From the human T2T-CHM13v2.0 reference genome, Homo sapiens, in the NCBI RefSeq assembly GCF_009914755.1, contig NC_060939.1: a DNA stretch of 64,000 nucleotides. One strand, written 5' to 3'. This document shows positions 46,601 through 60,669 of this stretch, piece by piece; positions within the stretch are counted from its first letter, which is position 1, and every line of letters starts with the position of its first letter. The notes beneath the pieces are model-generated. The model was not told the origin of the DNA and made no database searches. It saw only the letters and a list, made by a program, of their open reading frames with translations. A program made the position numbers and the translations under genes.

Positions 46601-49210
46601 AGTACACAAACTATAAATTATATACTGTACATAAAATATGAAATTACATCAAATCTATATTAGGTACATAAAATATGAAAGTACATCAAATATAGATTAT
46701 ATACTGTACATAAAATATCAATTTACCCCAAATATATATTTTATACTATACATGAAATATCAAAGTTAACAAACCATATTTTGTATACTGTACATAAAAT
46801 ATCAAAGTACCCAAGGTATATAATTTATACTCTACAAAAAATATCAAAGTACCCAAAGCATGTATTATATACTGGACATAAAATATGAAAGTACATCAAA
46901 TATATATTTTATTCTGTACATAAAATATCAAAGTACACCAGATATATATTCTATAGTGTAAATAAATATCAAAGTACCCAAACTATTTATTATATACTGT
47001 ATATAAAATATGAAATTACATCAAATATATATTATATTAGGTACATAAAATATGAAAGTTCATCAAATATAGATTATATGCTGTACATTAAATACCAAAG
47101 TACCCCAAATATATATTTTATACTGTACATGAAATATCAAAGTTCACAAACTATATATTATATACTGTACATAAAATATCAAAGTACTCAAGGTATATAT
47201 TCTATACTGTACAAAAAATATCAAAGTACCCAAAGCACGTATTATATACTGTACATAAAATATGAAAGTACATCAAATATATATTTTATTCTGTACATAA
47301 AATATCAAAGTACACCAGACATATATTCTATATTGTACATAAAATATCAAAGTACCCAAACTATACATTATATACTGTACATAAAATATGAAATTACATC
47401 AAATATATATTAGGTACATAAAATATGAAAGTACATCAAATATAGATTATATACTGTACATATAATATCAATGTACCGCAAATATATATTTTATACTCTA
47501 CATGAAATATCAAAGTTCACAAACCATATATTATATACTGTACATAAAATATCAAAGTACCCAAGGTATACATTCTATACTGTACAAAAAATATCAAAGT
47601 ACCCAAAGCATGTATTATATACTGTACATAAAATATGAAAGTACATCAAATATATATTTTATTCTGTACATAAAATATCAAGGTACACCAGATATATATT
47701 CTATAGTGTACATAAAATATCAAAGTACCCAAACTATACATTATATACTGTACATAAAATATGAAATTACATCAAATCTATATTAGGTACATAAAATATG
47801 AAAGTACATCAAATATAGATTATATACTGTACATAAAATATCAAAGTACCCCAAATATATATTATATACTCTACATGAAATATCAAAGTTCACAAACTAT
47901 ATATTATATACTGTACATAAAATATCAAAGTACCCAAGGTATATATTCTATACTGTGCAAAAAATATCAAAGTACCCAAAGCATGTATTATATATTGTAT
48001 ATAAAATATGAAAGTACATCAAATATATATTTTATTCTGTACATAAAATATCAAAGTACACCAGATATATATTCTATAGTGTACATAAAATAACAAAGTA
48101 CACAAACTATACATTATATACTGTACATAAAATATGAAATTACATCAAATATATATTAGGTACATAAAATATGAAAGTACATCAAATATAGATTATATGC
48201 TGTACATAAAATATCAATGTACCCCAAATATATATTTTATACTCTACATGAAATATCAAAGTTCACAAACCATATATTATATACTGTACATAAAATATCA
48301 AAGTACCCAAGGTATATATTCTATACTATACAAAAAATATCAAAGTACCCAAAGCATGTGTTATATACTGTACATAAAATATGAAAGTACATCAAATATA
48401 TATTTTATTCTGTACATAAAATATCAAAGTACACCAGATATATATTCTATAGTGTAAATAAATATCAAAGTACCCAAACTATTTATTATATACTGTATAT
48501 AAAATATGAAATTACATCAAATATATATTATATTAGGTACATAAAATATGAAAGTTCATCAAATATAGATTATATGCTGTACATTAAATACCAAAGTACC
48601 CCAAATATATATTTTATACTGTACATGAAATAACAAAGTTCACAAACTATATATTATATACTGTACATAAAATATCAAAGTACTCAAGGTATATATTCTA
48701 TACTGTACAAAAAATATCAAAGTACCCAAAGCACGTATTATACACTGTACATAAAATATGAAAGTACATCAAATATATATTTTATTCTGTACATAAAATA
48801 TCAAACTACACCAGATATATATTCTATAGTGTACATAAAATATCAAAGTACCCAAACTATACATTATATACTGTACATAAAATATGAAATTACATCAAAT
48901 ATATATTAGGTACATAAAATATGAAAGTACATCAAATATAGATTATATACTGCACATATAATATCAATGTACCGCAAATATATATTTTATACTCTACATG
49001 AAATATCAAAGTTCACAAACCATATATTATATACTGTACATAAAATATCAAAGTACCCAAGGTATACATTCTATACTGTACAAAAAATATCAAAGTACCC
49101 AAAGCATGTATTATATACTGTACATAAAATATGAAAGTACATCAAATATATATTTTATTCTGTACATAAAATATCAAGGTGCACCAGATATATATTCTAT
49201 AGTGTACATA
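42600..49210 (+). repeat. Direct duplication of ~2.3 kb at a period of 4334 bp, containing a 1496-bp (4-HOR) internal period
   Basis: ORF offsets are 42744/47078, 43168/47502, 43427/47761 and 43800/48134 (4334), and 42744/44240 and 47502/48998 (1496). Confidence 0.88.
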
Positions 49211-50339
49211 AAATATCAAAGTACCCAAACTATACATTATATACTGTACATAAAATATGAAATTACATCAAATATATATTATATTAGGTACATAAAATAT
49301 GAAAGTACATCAAATATAGATTATATACTGTACATTAAATACCAAAGTACCCCAAATATATATTTTATACTGTACATGAAATATCAAAGTTCACAAACTA
49401 TATATTATATACTGTACATAAAATATCAAAGAACCCAAGGTATATATTCTATACTGTACAAAAGATATCAAAGTACCCAAAGCATGTATTATATACTGTA
49501 CATAAAATATGAAAGTACATCAAATATATATTTTATTCTGTACATAAAATATCAAAGTACACCAGATATATATTTTATAGTGTACATAAAATATCAAAGT
49601 ACCAAAACTATTTATTATATACTGTACATAAAATATGAAATTACATCAAATATATATTATATTACGTACATAAAATATGAAAGTACATCAAATATAGATT
49701 ATATGCTGTACATTAAATACCAAAGTACCCCGAATATATATTATATACTCTACATGAAATATCAAAGTTCACAAACTATATATTATATACTGTACATAAA
49801 ATATCAAAGTACCCAAGGTATATATTCTATACTGTGCAAAAAATATCAAAGTACCCAAAGCAGGTATTATATACTGTATATAAAATATGAAAATACATCA
49901 AATATATATTTTATTCTGTACATAAAATATCAAAGTACACCAGACATATATTCTATAGTGTACATAAAATAACAAGGTACAAAAACTATAAATTATATAC
50001 TGTACATAAAATATGAAATTACATCAAATATATATTAGGTACATAAAATATGAAAGTACATCAAATATAGATTATATACTGTACATAAAATATCAAAGTA
50101 CCCCAAATATATATTATATACTCTACATGAAATATCAAAGTTCACAAACTATATATTATGTACTGTACATAAAATATCAAAGTACCCAAGGTATATATTC
50201 TATACTGTACAAAAAATATCAAAGTACCCAAAGCACGTATTATATACTGTACATAAAATATGAAAGTACATAAAATATATATTTTATTCTGTACATAAAA
50301 TATCAAAGTACACCAGATATATATTCTATAGTGTACATA

Positions 50340-53300
50340 AAATAACAAAGTACACAAACTATACATTATATACTGTACATAAAATATGAAATTACATCAA
50401 ATATATATTAGGTACATAAAATATGAAAGTACATGAAATATAGATTATATACTGTACATAAAATATCAATGTACCCCAAATATATATTTTATACTCTACA
50501 TGAAATATCAAAGTTCACAAACCATATATTATATACTGTACATAAAATATCAAAGTACCCAAGGTATATATTCTATACTATACAAAAAATATCAAAGTAC
50601 CCAAAGCATGTATTATATACTGTACATAAAATATGAAAGTACATCAAATATATATTTTATTCTGTACATAAAATATCAAAGTACACTAGATATATATTCT
50701 ATAGTGTACATAAAATATCAAAATACCCAAACTATACATTATATACTGTACATAAAATATGAGATTACATCAAATATATATTATATTAGGTACATAAAAT
50801 ATGAAAGTACATCAAATATAGATTATATACTGTACATAAAATATCAAAGTACCCCGAATATATATTATATACTCTACATGAAATATCAAAGTTCACAAAC
50901 TATATATTATATACTGTACATAAAATATCAAAGTACCCAAGGTATATATTCTATACTGTACAAAAAATATCAAAGTACCCAAAGCATGTATTATATACTG
51001 TATATAAAATAAGAAAGTACATTAAATATATATTTTATTCTGTACATAAAATATCAAAGTACACCAGATATATATTCTATAGTGTACATAAAATAACAAA
51101 GTACACAAACTATACATTATATACTGTACATAAAATATGAAATTACATCAAATATATATTAGGTACATAAAATATGAAAGTACATCAAATATAGATTATA
51201 TACTGAACATATAATATCAATGTACCCCAAATATATATTTGATACTCTACATGAAATATCAAATTTCAGAAACCATACATTATATACTGTACATAAAATA
51301 TCAAAGTACCCAAGGTATATATTCTATACTGTACAAAAAATATCAAAGTACCCAAAGCATGTGTTATATACTGTACATAATATATGAAAGTACATCAAAT
51401 ATATATTTTATTCTGTACATAAAATATCAAAGTACACCAGATATATATTCTATAGTGTACATAAAATATCAAAGTACCCAAACTATACATTATATACTGT
51501 ACATAAAATATGAAATTACATCAAATATATATTAGGTACATAAAATATGAAAGTACATCAAATATAGATTATATACTGTACATAAAATATCAAAGTACCC
51601 CAAATATATATTATATACTCTACATGAAATATCAAAGTTCACAAACTATATATTATATACTGTACATAAAATATCAAAGTACCCAAGGTATATATTCTAT
51701 ACTGTACAAAAAATATCAAAGTACCCAAAGCATGTATTATATACTGTACATAAAATATGAAAGTACATCAAATATATATTTTATTCTGTACATAAAATAT
51801 CAAAGTACACCAGATATATATTCTATAGTGTACATAAAATATCAAAGTACCCAAACTATACATTATATACTGTACATAAAACATGAAATTACATCAAATA
51901 TATATTATATTAGGTACATGAAATATGAAAGTACATCAAATATAGATTATATACTGTACATAAAATATCAAAGTACCCCAAATATATATTATATACTCTA
52001 CATGAAATATCAAAGTTCACAAACTATATATTATATACTGTACATAAAATATCAAAGTACCCAAGGTATATATTCTATACTGTACAAAAAATATCAAAGT
52101 ATCCAAAGCATGTATTATATACTGTATATAAAATATGAAAGTACATTAAAGATATATTTTATTCTGTACATAAAATATCAAAATACACCAGATATATATT
52201 CTATAGTGTACATAAAATAACAAAGTACACAAACTATACATTATATACTGTACATAAAATATGAAATTACATCAAATATATATTAGGTACATAAAATATG
52301 AAAGTACATGAAATATAGATTATATACTGTACATAAAATATCAATGTACCCCAAATATATATTTTATACTCTACATGAAATATCAAAGTTCACAAACCAT
52401 ATATTATATACTGTACATAAAATATCAAATTACCCAAGGTATATATTCTATACTATACAAAAAATATCAAAGTACCCAAAGCATGTATGATATACTGTAC
52501 ATAAAATATGAAAGTACATCAAATATATATTTTATTCTGTACATAAAATATCAAAGTACACTAGATATATATTCTATAGTGTACATAAAATATCAAAATA
52601 CCCAAACTATACATTATATACTGTACATAAAATATGAGATTACATCAAATATATATTATATTAGGTACATAAAATATGAAAGTACATCAAATATAGATTA
52701 TATACTGTACATAAAATATCAAAGTACCCCGAATATATATTATATACTCTACATGAAATATCAAAGTTCACAAACTATATATTATATACTGTACATAAAA
52801 TATCAAAGTACCCAAGCTATATATTCTATACTGTACAAAAAATATCAAAGTACCCAAAGCATGTATTATAAACTGTATATAAAATAAGAAAGTACATTAA
52901 ATATATATTTTATTCTGTACATAAAATATCAAAGTACACCAGATATATATTCTATAGTGTACATAAAATAACAAAGTACACAAACTATACATTATATACT
53001 GTACATAAAATATGAAATTACATCAAATATATATTAGGTACATAAAATATGAAAGTACATCAAATATAGATTATATACTGAACATATAATATCAATGTAC
53101 CCCAAATATATATTTGATACTCTACATGAAATATCAAATTTCAGAAACCATACATTATATACTGTACATAAAATATCAAAGTACCCAAGGTATATATTCT
53201 ATACTGTACAAAAAATATCAAAGTACCCAAAGCATGTATTATATACTGTACATAATATATGAAAGTACATCAAATATATATTTTATTCTGTACATAAAAT

Positions 53301-53600
53301 ATCAAAGTACACCAGATATATATTCTATAGTGTACATAAAATATCAAAGTACCCAAACTATACATTATATACTGTACATAAAATATGAAATTACATCAAA
53401 TATATATTAGGTACATAAAATATGAAAGTACATCAAATATAGATTATATACTGTACATAAAATATCAAAGTACCCCAAATATATATTATATACTCTACAT
53501 GAAATATCAAAGTTCACAAACTATATATTATATACTGTACATAAAATATCAAAGTACCCAAGGTATATATTCTATACTGCACAAAAAATATCAAGGTACC
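50340..53600 (+). repeat. Duplication at a period of 1875 bp (5 HORs)
   Basis: ORF offsets are 50433/52308, 50500/52375, 51239/53114 and 51510/53385. Shared variant: TTTGATACTCTACATGAAATATCAAATTTCAGAAACC. Confidence 0.9.
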
Positions 53601-54609
53601 CAAAGCATGTATTATATACTGTACATAAAATATGAAAGTACATCAAATATATATTTTATTCTGTACATAAAATATCAAAGTACACCAGATATATATTCTA
53701 TAGTGTACATAAAATAACAAAGTACACAAACTATGCATTATATACTGTACATAAAATATGAAATTACATCAAATATATATTAGGTACATAAAATATGAAA
53801 GTACATCAAATATAGATTATATACTGTACATAAAATATCAAAGTACCCCAAATATATATTATATACTCTACATGAAATATCAAAGTTCACAAACTATATA
53901 TTATATACTGTACATAAAATATCAAAGTACCCAAGGTATATATTCTATACTGTACAAAAAATATCAAAGTACCCAAAGCATGTATTATATACTGTACATA
54001 AAATATGAAAGTACATCAAATATATATTTTATTCTGTACATAAAATATCAAAGTACACCAGATATATATTCTATAGTGTATATAAAATATCAAAGTACCA
54101 AAACTATACATTATATACTGTACATAAAATATGAAATTACATCAAATATATATTATATTAGGTACATAAAATATGAAAGTACATGAAATATAGATTATAT
54201 ACTGTACATAAAATATCAAAGTACCCCAAATTTATATTATATACTATACATGAAATATCAAAGTTCACAAACCATATATTATATACTGTACATAAAATAT
54301 CAAAGTACCCAAGGTATATATTCTATACCGTACAAAAAATATCAAAGTACCCAAAGCATGTATTATATACTGTATATAAAATATGAAGGTACATTAAATA
54401 TATATTTTATTCTGTACATAAAATATCAAAGTACACCAGATATATATACTATAGTGTACATAAAATATCAATGTACCCAAACTATACATTATACACTGTA
54501 CATAAAATATGAAATTACATCAAATATATATTAGGTACATAAAATATGAAAGTACATCAAATATAGATTATATACTGTACATATAATATCAATGTACCCC
54601 AAATATATA

Positions 54610-56670
54610 TTTTATACTCTACTTGAAATATCAGAGTTCACAAACCATATATTATATACTGCACATAAAATATCAAAGTACCCAAGGTATATATTCTATA
54701 CTGTACAAAAAATATCAAAGTACCCAAAGCATGTATTATATACTGTACATAAAATATGAAAGTACATCAAATATACATTTTATTCTGTACATAAAATATC
54801 AAAGTACACCAGATATATATTCTATAGTGTACATAAAATATCAAAGTACCCAAACTATACATTATATACTGTACATAAAATATGGAATTACATCAAATAT
54901 ATATTATATTAGGTACATAAAATATGAAAGTACATCAAATATAGATTATATACTGTACATAAAATATCAAAGTACCCCAAATATATATTATATACTGTAC
55001 ATGAAATATCAAAGTTCACAAACCATATATTATATACTGTACATAAAATATCAAAGTACCCAAGGTATATATTTTATACTGTACAAGAAATATCAAAATA
55101 CCAAAAGCATGTATTATATACTGTAGATAAAGTATGAAATTACATCAAATATATATATTATTCTGTACATAAAATATCAAAGTACACCAGATATATATTC
55201 TATAGTGTACATAAAATAACAAAGTACACAAACTATAAATTATATACTGTACATAAAATATGAAATTACATCAAATATATATTAGGTACATAAAATATGA
55301 AAGTACATCGAATATACATTATATACTGTACGTAAAATATCAAGGTACCCCAAATATATATTATATACTGTACATAAAATAGCAAAGTACCCAAGGTATA
55401 TATTCTATCCCGTACAAAAAATATCAAAGTACCCAAAGCATGTATTATATACTGTATATAAAATATGAAAGTACATCAAATATATATTTTCTTCTGTACA
55501 TAAAATATCAAGGTACACCAGATATATATTCTATAGTGTACATAAAATAACAAAGTACAAAAACTATAAATTATATACTGTACATAAAATATGAAATTAC
55601 ATCAAATATATATTAGGTACATAAAATATGAAAGTACATCAAATATAGATTATATACTGTACATAAAATATCAATGTACCACAAATATATATTTTATACT
55701 CTACATGAAATATCAAAGTTCACAAACCATATATTATATACTGTACATAAAATATCAAAGTACCCAAGGTATATATTCTATACTGTACAAAAAATATCAA
55801 AGTACCCAAAGCATGTATTATATACTGTACATAAAATATGAAAGTACATCAAATATATATTTTATTCTGTACATAAAATATCAAAGTACACCAGATATAT
55901 ATTCTATAGTGTACATAAAATATCAAAGTACCCAAACTATACATTATATACTGTACATAAAATATGAAATTACATCAAATATATATTATATTAGGTACAT
56001 AAAATATGAAAGTACATCAAATATAGATTATATACTGTACATTAAATACCAAAGTACCCCAAATATATATTTTATACTGTACATGAAATATCAAAGTTCA
56101 CAAACCATACATTATATACTGTACATAAAATATCAAAGTACCCAAGGTATATATTCTATACTGTACAAAAAATATCTGAGTACCCAAGGCATGTATTATA
56201 TACTGCACATAAAATATGAAAGTACATCAAATATATATTTTATTCTGTATATAAAATATCAAAGTACACCAGATATATATTCTATAGTGTACATAAAATA
56301 TCAAAGTACCCAAACTATACATTATATACCGTACATAAAATATGAAATTACATCAAATATATATTAGGTACATAAAATATGAAAGTACATCAAATATAGA
56401 TTATATACTGTACATAAAATATCAAATTACCCCAAATATATATTATATACTCTACATGAAATATCAAAGTTCACAAACTATATATTATATACTGTACATA
56501 AAATATCAAAGTACCCAAGGTATATATTCTATATTGTACAAAAAATATCAAAGTACCCAAAGCATCTATTATATACTGTATATAAAATATGAAAGTACAT
56601 CAAATATATATTTTATTCTGTACATAAAATATCAAAGTACACCAGATATATATTCTAGAGTGTACATAAA
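54610..56670 (+). repeat. Long-range copy of ~4440-6500 (offset 50168)
   Basis: ORF offsets are 5423/55591, 6174/56342 and ORF ends 4958/55126. Shared variants: CTACTTGAAATATCAGAG, TATGGAATTAC, CTGTAGATAAAGTATG, and the 8-mer HOR lacking monomer C. Confidence 0.92.
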
Positions 56671-59039
56671 ATATCAAAGTACCCAAACTATACATTATAT
56701 ACTGTACATAAAATATGAAATTACATCAAATATATATTAGGTACGTAAAATATGAAAGTACATCAAACATAGATTATATACTGTACATAAAATATCAAAG
56801 TACCCGAAATATATATTATATACTATACATGAAATATCAAAGTTCACAAACTATATATTATATACTGTACATAAAATATCAAAGTACCCAAGGTATATAT
56901 TCTATACTGTACAAAAAATATCAAAGTACCCAAAGCATGTATTATATAGTGTACATAAAATATGAAAGTACATGAAATATATATTTTATTCTGTACATAA
57001 AATAACAAAGTACACCAGATATATATTCTATAGTGTACATAAAATAAAAAGTACACAAACTATAAATTATATACTGTACATAAAATATGAAATTACATCA
57101 AATATATATTAGGTACATAAAACATGAAAGTACATCAAACATAGATTATATACTGTACATAAAATATCAATGTACCCTAAATATATATTATATACTCTAC
57201 ATGAAATATCAAAGTTCACAAACCATATATTATATACGGTACATAAAATATCAAAGTACCCAAGGTATATATTCTATATTGTACAAAAAATATCAAAGTA
57301 CCCATAGCATGTATTATATACTGTACATAAAATATGAAAGTACATCAAATATATATTTTATTCTGTACATAAAATATCAAAGTACACTAGATATATATTC
57401 TATAGGGTACATAAAATATCAAAGTACCCAAACTATCAATTATATACTTTACATAAAATATGAAATTACGTCAAATATATATTAGGTACATAAAATATGA
57501 AAGTACATCAAATATAGATTATATACCGTACATAAAATATCAAAGTACCCCAAATATATATTATATACTCTACAGGAAATATCAAAGTTCACAAACTATA
57601 TATTATATACTGTACATAAAATATCAAAGTACCCAAGGTATATATTCTATACTGTACAAAAAATATCAAAGTACCCAAAGCATGTATTATATACTGTACA
57701 TAAAATATGAAAGTACATCAAATATATATTTTATTCTGTACATAAAATATCAAAGTACACCAGATATATATTCTATAGTGTACAAAAAATATCAAAGTAC
57801 CCAAACTATACATTATATACTGTACATAAAATATGAAATTACATCAAATATGTATTATATTAGGTACATAAAATATGAAAGTACATCAAATATAGATTAT
57901 ATACTGTACATTAAATACCAAAGTACCCCAAATATATATTTTATACTGTACATGAAATATCAAAGTTCACAAACTATATATTTTATACTGTACATAAAAT
58001 ATCAAAGTACCCAAGGTATATATTCTATACTGTACAAAAAATATCAAAGTACCCACAGCATGTATTATATACTTTATGTAAAATATGAAATTACATCAAA
58101 TATATATTTTATTCTGTACATAAAATATCAAAGTACACCAGATATATATTCTATAGTGTATATAAAATAACAAAGTACACAAACTATAAATTATATACTG
58201 TACATAAAATATGAAATTACATCAAATATATATTAGGTACATAAAATATGAAAGTACATCAAATATAGATTATATACTGTACATAAAATATCAATGTACC
58301 CCAAATATATATTATATACTCTACAGGAAATATCAAAGTTCACAAACCATATATTATATACTGTACATAAAATATCAAAGTACCCAAGGTATATATTCTA
58401 TACTGTACAAAAAATATCAAAGTACCCAAAGCATGTATTATATACTGTATATAAAATATGAAAGTACATCAAATATATATTTTATTCTGTACATAAAATA
58501 TCAAAGTACACCAGATATATATTTTATAGTGTACATAAAATAACAAAGTACACAAACTATAAATTATATACTGTACATAAAATATGAAATTACATCAAAT
58601 ATATATTAGGTACATAAAATATGAAAGTACATCAAATATAGATTATATACTGTACATAAAATATCAATGTACCCCAAATATATATTATATACTGTACATG
58701 AAATATCAAAGTTCACAAACTATATATTATATACTGTACATAAAATATCAAAGTACCCAAGGTATATATTCTATACTGTACAAAAAATATCAAAGTACCC
58801 AAAGCATGTATTATATACTGTACATAAAATATGAAAGTACATCAAATATATATTTTATTCTGTACATAAAATATCAAAGTACAACAGATATATATTCTAT
58901 AGTGTACAAAAAATATCAAAATACCCAAACTATACATTATATACTGTACATAAAATATGAAATTACATCAAATATATATTAGGTACATAAAATATGAAAG
59001 TACATCAAATATAGATTATATACTGTACATAAAATATCA

Positions 59040-60650
59040 AAGTAGCCCAAATATATATTATATACTGTACATGAAATATCAAAGTTCGCAAACTATATAT
59101 TATATACTGTAGATAAAATATCAAAGTACCGAAGGTATATATTCTATACTGTACAAAAAATATCAAAGCATCCAAAGCATGTATTATACACTGTACATAA
59201 AATATGAAAGTACATCAAGTATATATATTATTCTGTACATAACATATCAAAGTACACCAGATATATATTTTATAGTGTACATAAAATATCACAGTACGCA
59301 AACTATACATTATATACTGTACAAAAAATATCAAAGTACCCAAAGCATGTATTATATACTGTACATAAAAGATGAAAATACATCAAATATATATTTTATT
59401 CTGTACATAAAATATCAAAGTACCCCAAATATATATGATATACTGTACATGAAATATCAAAGTTCACAAACTATATATTATATACTGCACATAAAATATC
59501 AAAGTACCCAAGGTATATATTCTATACTGTACAAAAAATATCAAAGTGCCCAAAGCATGTATTATATACTGTGCATAAAATATGAAAGTACATCAAATAT
59601 ATATTTTATTCTGTACATAAAATATCAAAGTACACCAGATATATATTTTATAGTGTACATAAAATATCAAAGTACCCAAACTATACATTATATACTGTAC
59701 AGAAAATATGAAATTACATCAAATATATATTATATAAGGTACATAAAATATGAAAGTACATCAAATATAGATTATATACTGTACATAAAATATCAAAGAA
59801 CCCCTAATATATATTATATACTGTACATGAAATATCAAACTTCACAAACTATATATTATATACTGTACATAAAATATCAAAGTACCCAAGGTATATATTC
59901 TATACTGTACAAAAAATATCAAAGTACCCAAAGCATGTATTATATACTGTACATAAAATATGAAAGTACATCAAATATATATTTTATTCTGTACATAAAA
60001 TATCAAAGTACACCAGATGTATATTTTATAGTGTACATAAAATATCAAACTACCCAAACTATACATTATATACTGTACATAAAATATGAAATTACATCAA
60101 ATATATATGATATTAGATACATAAAATATGAAAGTACATCAAATATATATTTTATTCTGTACATAAAATATCAAAGTACACCAGATATATATTTTATAGT
60201 GTACATAAAATATCAAAGTACCCAAACTATAGATTATATACTGTACATAAAATATGAAATTACATCAAATATATATTATATTAGGTACCTAAAATATGAA
60301 AGTACATCAAATATAGATTATTAAGTGTACATAAAATATCAAAGAACCCCAAATATATATTATATACTTTACATGAAATATCAAATTTCACAATCTATAT
60401 ACTATATACTGTACATAAAATATCAAATTACCCAACGTATATATTCTATACTGTACAAAAAATATCAAAGTACCCAAAGCATGTATTATATACTGTACAT
60501 AAAATATGAAAGTTCATCAAATATGTATTTTATTCTGTACATAAATTATCAAAGTACACCAGATATATATTTTATAGTGTACATAAAATATCAAAGTACC
60601 CAAACTATACATTATATACTGTACATAAAATATGAAATTACATCAAATAT
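59040..60650 (+). repeat. Long-range copy of ~22390-24000 (offset 36648)
   Basis: ORF offsets are 22531/59179 and 23677/60325. The same rearranged monomer order (H-E-F-B and I-F) is present. Confidence 0.92.
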
Positions 60651-60669
60651 ATATGATATTAGATACATA

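Noticed and set aside
4470-57056. Minus-strand ORFs as possible signs of inversions or antisense genes
   Set aside because: They are reverse-complement readings of the same + oriented monomers where a SNP removed a stop. No strand switch of the satellite is visible.
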